A stretch of 64,000 nucleotides of DNA from Terriglobia bacterium (GTDB lineage Bacteria; Acidobacteriota; Terriglobia; JAJPHL01; JAPKYU01). The notes under the pieces were generated by a model that worked only from the letters and a program-made list of their open reading frames with translations, ran no database searches and was not told where the DNA came from. Positions 38,036-48,816 of the stretch are shown one piece after another (within the stretch, counting starts at the first letter, position 1; each line of letters opens with the position of its first letter). Made by a program: the position numbers and the translations under genes. The stretch lies in contig CBDBKE010000003.1 of assembly GCA_965206645.1 (NCBI GenBank), forward strand, positions 288,001 through 352,000, given 5' to 3'.

Positions 38036-38437
38036 TCACGGGGGCGGTGCGCCCACTGCCTGCAAGGCTGCCGTTTCGTTGGGAAATGAAGGCCATGGCG
38101 CGAAGATGCGCACGTAGCGCATCGGCTCGGCGGCCACCCCGGAGGGCATCACGATTTTCAGTTCAATCTTCCGCTTGGAACATTCCTCCAGCACCGAAGC
38201 CAGCGCCATGATCCCCCTCGTGTCTACATGAGTCACACCACCCAGGCTCAGCACCAGTTGTGCCGGAAGATTACCCAGCCCCGAGCGAAACTTCTCCAGC
38301 AGGCTCTCTGCCTGCTCGGGACGGCTCCATAGGCGTATGTCTCCTTTGACGCGAAAGACCAAGCATTCCCCACGACGCTCCAGTTCCGCTTCCACAGCCT
38401 GTTCCAGCCGCCCAGCCAGCGGCGAGCCCGAGCACAA
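38036..38437 (-). CDS. STAS domain protein (anti-sigma factor antagonist-like)
   Basis: VKGDI...LVLSLGGVTHVDTRGI; start uncertain. Confidence 0.75.
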   Translation of the reverse strand: MCSGSPLAGRLEQAVEAELERRGECLVFRVKGDIRLWSRPEQAESLLEKFRSGLGNLPAQLVLSLGGVTHVDTRGIMALASVLEECSKRKIELKIVMPSGVAAEPMRYVRIFAPWPSFPNETAALQAVGAPPP

Positions 38438-38659
38438 TATCCTTACCCTCGGGCTAATGTCAAACGGTGCGCGGAGCCAAGCCGCTGCAAATGGCTGTGT
38501 GTGAGTTGAGGGAGGATGCAGGGCTGGTTTGAAACGGAAGCTTCGGCCAAGCTATCCGGATTCCAAAATACAGGCTATTCGGATTTCCAAATAGTTGTAT
38601 CATCGTCCGGGGGGGAGCTGAAGACCGGCCCTCATACAGTAAGGAGACTAGAGACCAGT

Positions 38660-39511
38660 ATGACAAGAACAAGAATTTCATGGCTGCTGCTGGGAGTCTT
38701 GTGTTTGGCTGCTTTTGCCGTGGCTCAAGGCAACGCATGGCAGAAGTACATCATGGCCGGTGCCAAGGCCTACCGAAGTGGTCAGTACGCCAAAGCTGAG
38801 AAACAATGGGTGGCGGCCCTAAAGGAAGCGGGAAAGTTCGGCCAGGAAGACCCCCGCCTGGCCACAACCCTGAACAACCTGGCGGCGCTTTACCAGGCGC
38901 AGAGAAAGTACGCGAAGGCCGAGCCGCTCTACCTACGTGCGTTGGCGATCAAAGGAAAGGCCCTGGGCGAGGAGCATCCGGACCTGGTCCGAAGCCTCAA
39001 CAACCTGGCGGCGCTCTATCGTGCCCAGGACAAGTACAAAGAAGCCGAGCCGCTTTACCAACGAGCGTTGGCGATCCGGGAGAAGGCCCTGGGGAAGCAA
39101 CATCCAGACGTGGCCAAGAGCATCGACAACCTGGCTGAGCTGTATCACGATATGGGCGGGCGCGCGCGGAATCAGGTCGGGCGCGCGACGTTATACCGCA
39201 AGGCCGGGGGGCTCTACCGACGCGCGCTGGCCATCCGAGAGAAGGCCCTTGGGCCGCAGCATCTGGACGTGGGTCAGAGCCTCCACAACCTGGCGTTCCT
39301 CTACTCCAACGACAAGGCGTACAAAGAAGCCGAGCCGCTTTATAAGCGGTCACTGGCGATTTCTGAGAACGCCTTCGGGCCGCAGCATCCCAAGGTGGCC
39401 ACCATCTTGGAGAACTACGCCAAGATGCTACGCAAGACGAAGCTCAGCGATGGTGATGCGGCCAAGCTGGAAGCCCGTGCCAAGGCCATCCGCACCAAGC
39501 ACGCCAAATAG
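38660..39511 (+). CDS. Secreted tetratricopeptide repeat protein (kinesin-light-chain-type 42-aa TPRs)
   Basis: Repeated LNNLAALY...AEPLY.RALAI.EKALG..HP; signal peptide. Confidence 0.9.
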   Translation: MTRTRISWLLLGVLCLAAFAVAQGNAWQKYIMAGAKAYRSGQYAKAEKQWVAALKEAGKFGQEDPRLATTLNNLAALYQAQRKYAKAEPLYLRALAIKGKALGEEHPDLVRSLNNLAALYRAQDKYKEAEPLYQRALAIREKALGKQHPDVAKSIDNLAELYHDMGGRARNQVGRATLYRKAGGLYRRALAIREKALGPQHLDVGQSLHNLAFLYSNDKAYKEAEPLYKRSLAISENAFGPQHPKVATILENYAKMLRKTKLSDGDAAKLEARAKAIRTKHAK

Positions 39512-39700
39512 AACCCGCCGAGGTAGGCCCTTGGAGTGAGCACTCTGGCAAGGTTCTCAGTATCCCGTCTGGGCTGACCATTCCCCTTGCAATTCAGGAC
39601 TGGGGGGCGTAATAAATGGGGTCCGCGCCAGGAGGTTCACGCAATCTTTAAACTGGCTGGAGGCGCCCTGTGAGCGTTTCAACATAAAGGAGGAAAGGCA

Positions 39701-41206
39701 ATGGCCACTGCTACGCAAACCCATAAGTTGGATGACAAGGTAACCCGCTTTGTTTCAATAACTCAAAAGATGCTCATCAATGGAAAGTGGGTGCAATCTG
39801 CGTCGGGAAAGACATTTGCAACCTATAATCCGGCGACCGGAGAAGTTCTTTCCCAGGTTGCCGAGGGAGACCGAGAGGATATCGATCGCGCAGTTAACTC
39901 GGCCCGGGCTGCATTTGACACCGGGCCGTGGTCAAGGCTCACTGCCTCGGAGCGCGGCTGTCTCATTTGGAAGCTCGCTGATCTCCTAGAAAAGAATCTG
40001 GAAGAGTTCGCTCAACTCGAGTCTCTGGACAATGGCAAGCCGCTCAAAGTTGCCCGCGCCGCCGACGTACCACTTGCGGTCGACCTATTTCGCTATATGG
40101 CCGGGTGGGCGACAAAGATCGAAGGAAATACGATTCCAATTTCTGTCCCCTACACCCCCGGCGTGAAATACCTCGCATATACCCTACGCGAGCCGGTGGG
40201 GGTTGTTGGACAGATCATCCCATGGAATTTCCCGCTCTTGATGGCCGCCTGGAAGCTTGGCCCGGCGCTGGCGGCTGGCTGCACGGTGGTCTTGAAGCCG
40301 GCAGAGCAGACGCCTCTCACCGCTATTCGACTCGGCGAACTGATTCAGGAAGCAGGATTCCCTGACGGAGTTGTCAATATCGTTCCAGGATACGGAGAAA
40401 CGGCTGGCGCAGCGATAGCCGCTCATCCGAAAGTGGATAAAGTTGCGTTCACTGGATCCACCGAGGTAGGAAAGCTGATCATTCAAGCGGCCACCGGAAA
40501 TCTCAAGAAGGTCTCTCTGGAACTTGGCGGCAAATCGCCGAACGTTGTGTTGCACGATGCTGATATGCAAACCGCGATTCCTGGCGCGGCGAGCGCAATA
40601 TTTTTCAACCACGGTCAGTGCTGCTCTGCCGGGTCCCGGCTGTACATCGAGAAAGGATCATTTGACAAGGTGGTGGAAGGCATCGCCGAACAAGCCCAAA
40701 AAATCCATGTCGGCCCTGGTTTGGAGTCCTCCACTGATATGGGCCCCCTGGTTTCCGAGGAACAATTGAATCGGGTCTGCGGTTACCTGGAATCCGGATT
40801 TTCAGAAGGAGCCAAGGCAGTTGTTGGAGGCAGCAGGCTCGGCGACAAAGGATATTTTGTAAAGCCGACAGTGTTGGTGAATACCAACGAAAGAATGAAG
40901 GTAGTCCAAGAGGAAATCTTCGGCCCGGTAGTAACTGCCATTCCGTTTCGTGACGCAAATGAACTCATTGCGCAAGCAAACGACACGATCTACGGATTAG
41001 CGGCAGGCATATGGACCCGCGATATTCAAAAGGCAAACCGCATTGCTTCTCAACTCCGTGCGGGCACCGTTTGGATCAACTGCTACAACATCTTTGATGC
41101 GGCGCTGCCTTTCGGCGGATACAAACAATCCGGATGGGGGCGCGAGATGGGACATGAAGTGCTCGAGGCGTACACCGAAGTGAAGTCGGTCTGCACTCCG
41201 ATCTGA
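39701..41206 (+). CDS. NAD(P)-dependent aldehyde dehydrogenase (DhaS/ALDH1-2-like)
   Basis: IIPWNFP, FTGSTEVG, LELGGKSP, GQCCSAG and EEIFGPV. Confidence 0.95.
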   Translation: MATATQTHKLDDKVTRFVSITQKMLINGKWVQSASGKTFATYNPATGEVLSQVAEGDREDIDRAVNSARAAFDTGPWSRLTASERGCLIWKLADLLEKNLEEFAQLESLDNGKPLKVARAADVPLAVDLFRYMAGWATKIEGNTIPISVPYTPGVKYLAYTLREPVGVVGQIIPWNFPLLMAAWKLGPALAAGCTVVLKPAEQTPLTAIRLGELIQEAGFPDGVVNIVPGYGETAGAAIAAHPKVDKVAFTGSTEVGKLIIQAATGNLKKVSLELGGKSPNVVLHDADMQTAIPGAASAIFFNHGQCCSAGSRLYIEKGSFDKVVEGIAEQAQKIHVGPGLESSTDMGPLVSEEQLNRVCGYLESGFSEGAKAVVGGSRLGDKGYFVKPTVLVNTNERMKVVQEEIFGPVVTAIPFRDANELIAQANDTIYGLAAGIWTRDIQKANRIASQLRAGTVWINCYNIFDAALPFGGYKQSGWGREMGHEVLEAYTEVKSVCTPI

Positions 41207-41399
41207 CGCTGCGGCTGTTGGGGGCAATGGTGCGGGGGATCGAGGCGCATCGATTGCCTGCGGGGTAGCTGAACCGCTCGGTAAGAGGAGAAGCGTTCGC
41301 TTCGAGCGGAGGAAGTGCCGGACTGGAGGTCTCCTGACGGCTTGAGCGACCCATCGCGCCCAGGGCTGATCCTGCCGGGCCTATCTCTGCCTCTCGAAC

Positions 41400-42008
41400 C
41401 TAGCCTTGCCTCTCGAAATGGATAAAATCGATCAAGAAGACTGCGCCCAGGAGCACACTTTTAGCCTCTACACTTTTGCCAGGAGGCATTTCGATGGCGA
41501 AGTTGTCCGCAGCGGTGAAGACCTCCTTCAGGGCGCCGCTCCATCTCTTGGTGATCTTTCCCGACTCTTGCTCAATGTCACCGAACCGCTCACGGATCTG
41601 AAACGTCCACGGGTGAAGGATGGGTCCGTACAGCTGGCAGGTCATGTTTCCCGTGGCGTCGGAGACCCGGTAGAGCCGCCGCACCACGGAAAATTCGCGG
41701 TCCACGGTCCCTAACAACCTTCCCTGAGCGTCACGCACGTCGATCTTGTGGAAGTAGAAGCGGAAGGGCCGTTCCAGTCGAAGGACAACGCTACCGTCGG
41801 TGCGCGTCACGATGATGGTGAAGGGCCTCAAGGCTTTGAGAAACAAACGGAGCAACAGGGAGCCCTTCTCTTCAGCCGCAAAGTAGAGCTCGTTCCCCAG
41901 TTCCGAGAGAATCACGTAGCGGTTTCTCGTCTCAAAACCACTTAGAATTTCTCCCCATTCCTTTTTCTGGCTCACCACCAGGGTGTGAACAGAGGCGAGT
42001 GCGTTCAT
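41400..42008 (-). CDS. Phospholipid scramblase-family protein
   Basis: GFETRNRY, RPF, GKITKRWSG..KE.FT.ADNF and LLGAVFLIDF. Confidence 0.85.
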   Translation of the reverse strand: MNALASVHTLVVSQKKEWGEILSGFETRNRYVILSELGNELYFAAEEKGSLLLRLFLKALRPFTIIVTRTDGSVVLRLERPFRFYFHKIDVRDAQGRLLGTVDREFSVVRRLYRVSDATGNMTCQLYGPILHPWTFQIRERFGDIEQESGKITKRWSGALKEVFTAADNFAIEMPPGKSVEAKSVLLGAVFLIDFIHFERQG

Positions 42009-42135
42009 TCAAACCTCCAGAGCTTCATCGGAAATCGGCAGTTTTCCCTAATGATAGAACAGCTTGCGAGGAATTGAAATGCGCTTCAGTTCCGGCTGGA
42101 ACACGTAGCCGACGGCAACATCCCGCAGCCTCGGG

Positions 42136-42144
42136 TGCTATAAT
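42136..42144 (+). promoter_or_regulatory. Extended -10 promoter element
   Basis: TGCTATAAT upstream of the pilS-like gene. Confidence 0.55.
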
Positions 42145-42162
42145 GGCCGCGATCGTTCGGGG

Positions 42163-43854
42163 ATAGAAGCGCTAAATCAGAGGCAGTGGTTGCTGTGGCT
42201 GATCCGCGTCCGGATCGTCATTATTACCTTCCTGCTCGGCATCCAACTGGCGGTGGCGCAGTTAACCCAGGCTCAGATCCCGGTCCGATGGTTCGTCTTC
42301 ACTGTCCTGTTCTGGTATGCGCTGACCATCTTCTTCAGTCTGCTGCTGAAACTCTCCACCGACTACACCATGCAGTCCTACCTGCAGATCATCTGCGACA
42401 TCTGCATGATTACGGCGGTCATCCGTTTCAGCGGGGGGGTGGGCAGCCCCTACTTTTCCCTCTACCCGCTGGTGATCATCCTGGCGGCTATCTCGCTGTC
42501 GAGGGCGGGGACGTACCTGGTCGCCAGCCTCAGCTTCATTCTGGCCGGGGCCACGCTGGAACTCTCCTTGTATAACGAGTTGAAGGATTTTCTCCTTGCG
42601 CTTTCAGAAATGACGCCGGAGCTGCAGGACCTGCAGGTGCGAATCTTTACCAACTTGTTTGCCTTCCTGGCGATGGCCTACCTTTCCAGCAGTCTGGTGG
42701 AGAACCTGCGCAAGACTGGCACCCGGCTTCAGGCCGCCAGCGGCGAGCTGGAGAACCTGCAGGCGTTCAACGAGAACGTGATTGACAGCATGGCCGGCGG
42801 GCTGGTGACCACCGGCCTGGGGGGACGGGTGCTGCTGTTGAACCGGGCCGCCGCGCTGACCCTGGGGCGCTCGCCTGCTGCCGCCGTGGGTCGGCCGCTG
42901 GCGGAGGTACTGCCGGAATTCGCTCGCCTGTCGTTGAATGCCCCAGCACAGGAGGTCGAGATCTTCACTCCCGGCGGGCAGGAGAAATACCTGCGCGTGA
43001 GCGTGTCGGAGCTCACCAGGCCCGACAGCAGCGGACAGGGACATGCCTCGCAGGGACACGTCTACTTTTTTCAGGACTTGACCGAACTGAAGCGGTTGGA
43101 GCGGGAGGTCCGGCTGAAGGAGCGCATGGCGGCGCTGGGCCGCATGGCTTCTGCCATCGCCCACGAGATCCGCAACCCGCTGACCTCGATCGCCGGCTCC
43201 ATCAAGGTCTTTTCCACCCTTGGCTCGCTCCCCAGTGAACAGCAGCGACTGGTGGGGATCGTCGTGAAGGAGTCACAGCGCCTGGATCGCATCGTCTCCG
43301 ATTTTCTGAGCTATTCCCGGGAACGCCGCTATGAGTTTCGCCCGACTGACCTGCACGGGCTGCTGGAAGAAACGCTGGTCCTGCTGGAGAACCATCCCGA
43401 CGCGGGCCGCATCCGCTTCGAGCGCGTCTTTGCAGCCGAGCCGCTGGTGGCTCAGGTGGATCCCGACGCCATCAAGCAGGTCTTCTGGAATATCTGCGAC
43501 AACGCGCTGAAGGCCATGCCCGAGGGCGGCAAGCTGAAGGTGGAAACGGTCCGCGCGGACGGGCATGGCGTGATCCGCTTCCACGACACTGGTGTCGGAC
43601 TGAGCTCGGCTCTTCCGGGAAAAATCTTCGAGCCGTTCCAGTCCGCCTTCTCCAATGGTACCGGCCTGGGGTTGGCAATTGTGTATGAAATCATCACCGC
43701 GCACCAAGGAACGGTCGAGGTCGAATCGGTACCCGAAGGAGGTTCGGTGTTCCAGCTGGAGCTCCCGCTGACCCTGGGGAAACCGAACCTTCCCCGTGCC
43801 GCCGAGCCCGGATCCATTCCGTTCGCGCAGACGCGGAGCGCCGCAACCGAGTGA
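42163..43854 (+). CDS. pilS: PilS-like sensor histidine kinase (apparent start codon is ATA; next possible start TTG 42190)
   Basis: Multi-TM N-terminus, PAS-like segment, IAHEIRNPL and GTGLGL. Confidence 0.8.
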   Translation: MEALNQRQWLLWLIRVRIVIITFLLGIQLAVAQLTQAQIPVRWFVFTVLFWYALTIFFSLLLKLSTDYTMQSYLQIICDICMITAVIRFSGGVGSPYFSLYPLVIILAAISLSRAGTYLVASLSFILAGATLELSLYNELKDFLLALSEMTPELQDLQVRIFTNLFAFLAMAYLSSSLVENLRKTGTRLQAASGELENLQAFNENVIDSMAGGLVTTGLGGRVLLLNRAAALTLGRSPAAAVGRPLAEVLPEFARLSLNAPAQEVEIFTPGGQEKYLRVSVSELTRPDSSGQGHASQGHVYFFQDLTELKRLEREVRLKERMAALGRMASAIAHEIRNPLTSIAGSIKVFSTLGSLPSEQQRLVGIVVKESQRLDRIVSDFLSYSRERRYEFRPTDLHGLLEETLVLLENHPDAGRIRFERVFAAEPLVAQVDPDAIKQVFWNICDNALKAMPEGGKLKVETVRADGHGVIRFHDTGVGLSSALPGKIFEPFQSAFSNGTGLGLAIVYEIITAHQGTVEVESVPEGGSVFQLELPLTLGKPNLPRAAEPGSIPFAQTRSAATE

Positions 43855-43857
43855 GCC

Positions 43858-45246
43858 ATGGCCCACCTGCTGGTGGTGGATGACGAGAAATCCATTTGCG
43901 AAATGCTGGATATCGCCCTGCGCAAGCAGGGCAACGGTCACCTCGCTGGAAATGGCGCGTCGTCGACTGCTCTCCAACATTTACGACATCGTCATCACCG
44001 ACATCAAACTGCCGCAGGGCAGCGGCCTGGATGTTCTGCAACACGTCCGCGAGACCCAGCCTGAGACCCTGGTCATCCTGGTGACCGCCTATGCCTCGGT
44101 GGATTCGGCAGTGCAAGCCCTGAACCTGGGCGCCTTCCGCTACATCATCAAGACTCCCAACCTGGTGGACGAAGTGCGGGTCACTGTGGCCAGGGGAGTC
44201 GAGGAACGCAGCCTGCGGCAGGAAAATCGCGCGCTCAAGCGCGAGCTGCGCAAGAGCCTGGACAGCCTGCTGGGGGTGAGCCCACCCATCAAGGCGCTAA
44301 AGGAGCTGGTGGCCACCGTCGCTCCCACCAACAGCACCATCCTAATCACCGGCGAGAGCGGCACCGGCAAGGAACTGGTGGCCCGCGCCATCCACGCCGC
44401 CAGCGGCCGCTGGGACCGCTCCTTTGTCTCGGTCAACTGCGGCGCCTTCCCCGAGACGCTGCTCGAGAGCGAACTGTTCGGCTACGTCAAAGGCGCCTTC
44501 ACCGGCGCCACCACCAATAAGGAGGGCCTGTTCAAGTACGCCGACACCGGCACCCTGTTTCTGGACGAGGTCGCGCCGAGATGAGCCTGGCGATGCAGGT
44601 GAGGCTGCTGCGAGTGTTGCAGGAGCGGTTGGTGCGTCCGGTCGGGGCCAGCGAGGAGGTGCCGGTGGACGTGCGCCTGATCTTGGCCACCAACAAAGAC
44701 CTTCACCAGCGCGTCCAGGAAGGCACGTTTCGTGAGGACCTCTACTACCGCATCAGTGTCATCCCGGTGGAGTTGCCGCCGCTCCGGGAGCGCCGCGAGG
44801 ACATCCCCCTGCTGGCCATCTATTTCTTGGGGAAGTTTGCTCGGGCGATGAACAAACCGGTCCACAAGATTGACGAGCCGGCCATGAAGTGCCTGAAACG
44901 GTACGACTGGCCGGGCAATGTGCGGGAACTGGAAAACGCCCTGGAGCGTGCCGTCGCCCTGGAAAAACAGGAGGAGGTTGCGGTGTGGACGCTGCCCGAA
45001 CGCGTCTCAGGAGTCGCGCCGCAAGCGGTGGCGGCCGCCGCCAGCGGCGACGGCTCTTCCGTTCCCTCCTCGCTGCCTTCTCTGCCTGAAGCAGGTCTGG
45101 ACCTGGAACAGCACATCACTCAACTGGAGCGCCGTTACATTGAAGCGGCGATCGAGCGCGCCGGTGGCGTTCGCACCCGCGCCGCTGAGCTGCTCCACAT
45201 GAGCTACCGCTCCTTTCGCCACTACGCCAAGAAATACCGCATCTGA
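43858..45246 (+). pseudogene. pilR: PilR-like sigma54 response regulator with two frameshifts (~43933, ~44573)
   Basis: REC domain, [29 protein letters not shown] and Fis-type HTH are spread over three frames. Confidence 0.85.
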
Positions 45247-45269
45247 GGCCACCTCCCCCACCACTCCCT

Positions 45270-45296
45270 TGTCATCCCGAGTGCAGCAAGAGACCT
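45270..45296 (+). repeat. Degenerate REP-like dispersed repeat
   Basis: TGTCATCCCGAGTGCAGCAAGAGACCT resembles the TGTCATCCYGAGCG..GCGA.GGAYCT intergenic repeat family (from recall); single copy in this window. Confidence 0.4.
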
Positions 45297-45340
45297 GATT
45301 TTTCCCGCTTTGCCTGCGGCCGCCGCGCTAGAATCCTGGA

Positions 45341-45814
45341 GTGGCAACCCCTGGAGTAGCAGCCGTGGATGAGCAATTCATGCGCCTGGCGCTGGAGGAA
45401 GCGGAAGCCGCCCGACGGGAAGGGGAGGTCCCGGTCGGAGCGATAGTGGTCTGCGACAACCAGGTGGTGGGACGTGGCCACAACCGCAACATCACCGATC
45501 GCGATCCCACGGCGCACGCCGAAATCCTGGTCCTGCGCGAAGCCGCCCGGCGGCTGGGCAACCACCGCCTGCCCCTATGTACGCTGTATGTTACAATCGA
45601 ACCGTGTGTTATGTGCGCCGGGGCGGCCGTGCAGGCGCGCTTGGCACGGGTAGTGTACGGCTGCGACGACCCCAAGGGCGGGGCGGTTCGGTCGCTCTAC
45701 CATGTGGCCGATGATGCCCGACTGAACCACCGGACGGAGATCGCCGGTGGGGTGCTTGGCGCTGAATGCGCGGAGCTGATCCGCAGCTTTTTTCAGCAGA
45801 AACGCCTTTCCTGA
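45341..45814 (+). CDS. tadA: tRNA adenosine(34) deaminase
   Basis: EVPVGA, DPTAHAE and EPCVMC. Confidence 0.93.
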   Translation: MATPGVAAVDEQFMRLALEEAEAARREGEVPVGAIVVCDNQVVGRGHNRNITDRDPTAHAEILVLREAARRLGNHRLPLCTLYVTIEPCVMCAGAAVQARLARVVYGCDDPKGGAVRSLYHVADDARLNHRTEIAGGVLGAECAELIRSFFQQKRLS

Positions 45815-45839
45815 ACCGGACTGCCCGTTCCCGCCTTGC

Positions 45840-45932
45840 GGTGAGGTGCGAGAGTGGTTTAATCGGGCCGCCTCGAAAGCGGCTGTCCTGGCAGCCCCGG
45901 GACCGGGGGTTCGAATCCCTCCCTCACCGCCA
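45840..45932 (+). tRNA. tRNA-Ser(CGA)
   Basis: GGTGAGG/CCTCACC acceptor stem, GCCGC-CTCGAAA-GCGGC anticodon arm, long variable arm, GGTTCGAATCC and encoded CCA. Confidence 0.95.
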
Positions 45933-46074
45933 CTGCCTAACAAACACGACAGAGCGGCAGCTCGCCGCCCGATCCTGTCCGCTGGCATGCCATCTCGGTT
46001 CGGGGCGACACTAGCGGCAACAAGCAAGGTCCGGGTAGGATAAGAGATCAGATTCCAAGATGGAGGAGGAAAGC

Positions 46075-46458
46075 ATGTCAGTGGCAACTCCACAAGCATT
46101 GCTCGACGCGTTCTTTCGCGCCTTCAACGCGGGCGATCTCGATGCCACGCTGGCCCTCTACGAGCCCAATGCCGCGCTGGTTGCAGAGCCTGGCAAGGTG
46201 GCGCACGGCATGGCGGCTCTGCGCGAGGCACTGGGCGCCTTCCTCGAGATGAAGCCAAAGTTGGCCCCAGAGAAAAGCGAATTGATCACGGCCGGCGACC
46301 TCGCGTTGTCGCTGGTCAAGTGGACCTTGAACGGCACCGGGCCGGACGGCAAACCTCTAACCATGACGGGGACAAGCTCCGACGTTGCACGACGGCAACC
46401 GGATGGGACGTGGCGATTGGTGATCGACAACCCCTGGGGGACAGCCATCGTCGGCTAG
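46075..46458 (+). CDS. SnoaL/NTF2-like (YybH/DUF4440) protein
   Basis: FNAGDLDA.LALYE...DVARRQPDGTWRLVIDNP; GGAGG RBS before ATG 46075. Confidence 0.85.
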   Translation: MSVATPQALLDAFFRAFNAGDLDATLALYEPNAALVAEPGKVAHGMAALREALGAFLEMKPKLAPEKSELITAGDLALSLVKWTLNGTGPDGKPLTMTGTSSDVARRQPDGTWRLVIDNPWGTAIVG

Positions 46459-46492
46459 CAGGGTGCTGAAAGGAATTGGATTAAGCACTCTG

Positions 46493-47142
46493 CTAGAGCA
46501 AGAGCGTCAGACAGCCGGTCACCATGAGAGCGATTGCCCATACCAGATCGAGGTTCAACCAGGCTTTGCGCAAAAGAGCCAGCCCGAACTTTCCATAGAC
46601 CAGCAAGGCAACCAGCCCAGTGACCAGCAAATAGCCCAGGGTGTGAACGAGGGTCGCCAGCAGGATTGTCAGTGGATCTTGGAAAGCGCTCACTTGCAGA
46701 TGATGCTTCCCTAGCAGGGAGTGTCCGGCGTGTTCCCCGGCAGGCATCGCGAGCAGAACCGGCAGGACCATGAAGCCGGCGCCGACGCCATCAGGAATGA
46801 CCAGATGGTGAGGTCGCGGAACCCTACCTGCATTCCGCCCCACCGGGGGTGCCGACCGCGCAAGAGGCGATACAGACCGAAGGCGATCAGAATCAGAGCG
46901 ACGGGAATCTTGAGGTAAGCCAGGGGCACGACCACCTGGATCAACCCGGCGAGCATGACCACCAGACCGATCGCCACACCATGACCCAGGGCAATGGGGA
47001 GCAACGACCGTCCGACAGCCCGGCGGCTCCCCTCCTGCATCCCCAGTGCGACGGCGAACAGCCATCCCATGCCCGGATTGATGCCGTGGTAGGCGCCCAG
47101 CAGAAACAATGCGGGCCAGGCCCAAGACGCCCCCTCGCTCAT
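46493..47142 (-). pseudogene. SBP56-associated membrane protein, frameshifted near 46780
   Basis: LGAYHGINPGMGWLFAVA, WSFLMASA | GFMVLP and AWLNLDLVW lie in two frames. Confidence 0.75.
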
Positions 47143-48543
47143 GGGTAGCAGTAAGAGTCCGAGGAAGCGTCGCCGCCTTCCAGGCGGACCTGATGGCTGC
47201 GCAGGTCTTTGAACTCCAGGAAGAAGCGCTGGTCAATCTCCATGCCACCCTCCGGCTTGGCGTTCACCTTCACCATCCAGCTACGGATGCCTTCCGGATA
47301 GAACTGGTCATCGATGGTTGAGTAGAGGGAGTTGGTGAAATAGATCCGCTGGCCGTCGCGGCTCACCTCGACCATTTGCGGCGCACCGTTCAGCGCCTGC
47401 TTGGGCTTCTTCGGGTGCGCCGCCCGGCGCACGATGCCGTCCAGATGCACCGAGCCGGTCTTCTTGGGGTTAAACGGATCGGCTCACGTCGTACTGGATA
47501 AACTCACCCGTCCCCCAGCAGGCAACATGGAGGAAGCGATCATCCAGAGAGAGGTCGATGTCGGTCACCAACGGCGGAACCGCCTTGAAGTCCTTCAGCA
47601 TGGGCGGGAGCTGATCCGGGTCAGCAGGTTCCGCGGGGATATCAATAACTTTCCGGATCGCCCAGTTGCCGTTCTTGCCTTCCTCCCGGTGCCACAACCA
47701 GATTGACGATGAAAGATCCTTGAGCGAGATCACCACGCCCAGAAAACCGTAAGCCTTGGTGGGGTTGTGAGCCGGCCGAAGATCAAAGGCCAGTTGGTAT
47801 TCCTTGCCCAGGTCCAACACCTGGCGATGGCGCCGCTGGCGCAGGTCCCAGACGTGGATGGCGTGGCCGTAACCGCTGTTGAGCAGGACCTCCGGGATCA
47901 GCCCGTTCTCAAATGTCTTCGGTGTGCCCCACTCGCTGGTGACGATGGTGTCGTAGCCCAGATGCCACCAGAAATCGCAGGCCAGGTACTGAGGTCCGCG
48001 GTCCAGCTCCCACTGGCCGAGCACCTCGAAGTTGTTTTGGTCCATCATGAAGATGCCGCCAGGCCCATCGCCAGTCGGCGAGCCGAGGGCGCTGACGTAG
48101 ATACCCCAAGGGCCACAGTGAACCGTGTGCGGCCGGCTGTAGCCGGTGCGCGCTGCCAGGGTCTCTGCTTCAATCACCTTGACGATCTTCGGCTTCCGGG
48201 GGTTGGGCTTGGTGTCAATGACGTGAATCCGCGAGGAGCGAAGGCCGGGAACGATCAGGTAGCGCCGCTCGAGGTGGGCATGCGGCGCCTGGCCGGCCAG
48301 CAGGCACTGCAGGCGCTCCAGCCGAAGTGGTGGAGCTCATCGCCAGCGTTGGGCATCTCCACCTGGCCAACAACCTGACTGTAGGTGGAAGACGCTGGGT
48401 CGACATCCACTACCGCCAGAGCGTCGTGGCGGCCTTTGTGCTTGGGATTGAGCAGGGCCAGATAGGCCAGCTTTTCCGCCGGCGCCTGCATCGCCATCTT
48501 GGGCGAGGGGTAAAACGTTGGGGCAGGTTTCAAGAGTGCCATG
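47139..48543 (-). pseudogene. Selenium-binding protein SBP56 / methanethiol oxidase family, two frameshifts (~48290, ~47482)
   Basis: TFYPSP, GDELHHFGW..CS, PHTVHC, DIDLSLDDRFL, TNSLYS..DDQFYP and RL.GGDASSD. Confidence 0.88.
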
Positions 48544-48816
48544 GTTCGCTCTCCTTTTCCGTGATTTGCATTCGCTTTGCACGACAACCAGAAGCCCCCG
48601 GCGTGCCTGCGCGGCTGGAGGCCGCCTGCAGGCACGCCGGCAAAGGGAGTATAGTCTAAGCACTCGTCCTGGCGTTTCAAGCAGGAAAAATCTCCGTCGC
48701 AGCTGGCGCAGAGGCAGCGCAACGGGCTCCCAGCGCCGGCGACGCCCCCCGCCTGGCCGATCAATCCCACCGCAACTTAGGTGCTCCCCACGCGAAATGA
48801 ATGTAGAATAGTCAGG

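Noticed and set aside
45840-48770. Integrative element at tRNA-Ser
   Set aside because: No integrase and no duplicated tRNA 3' end seen by eye
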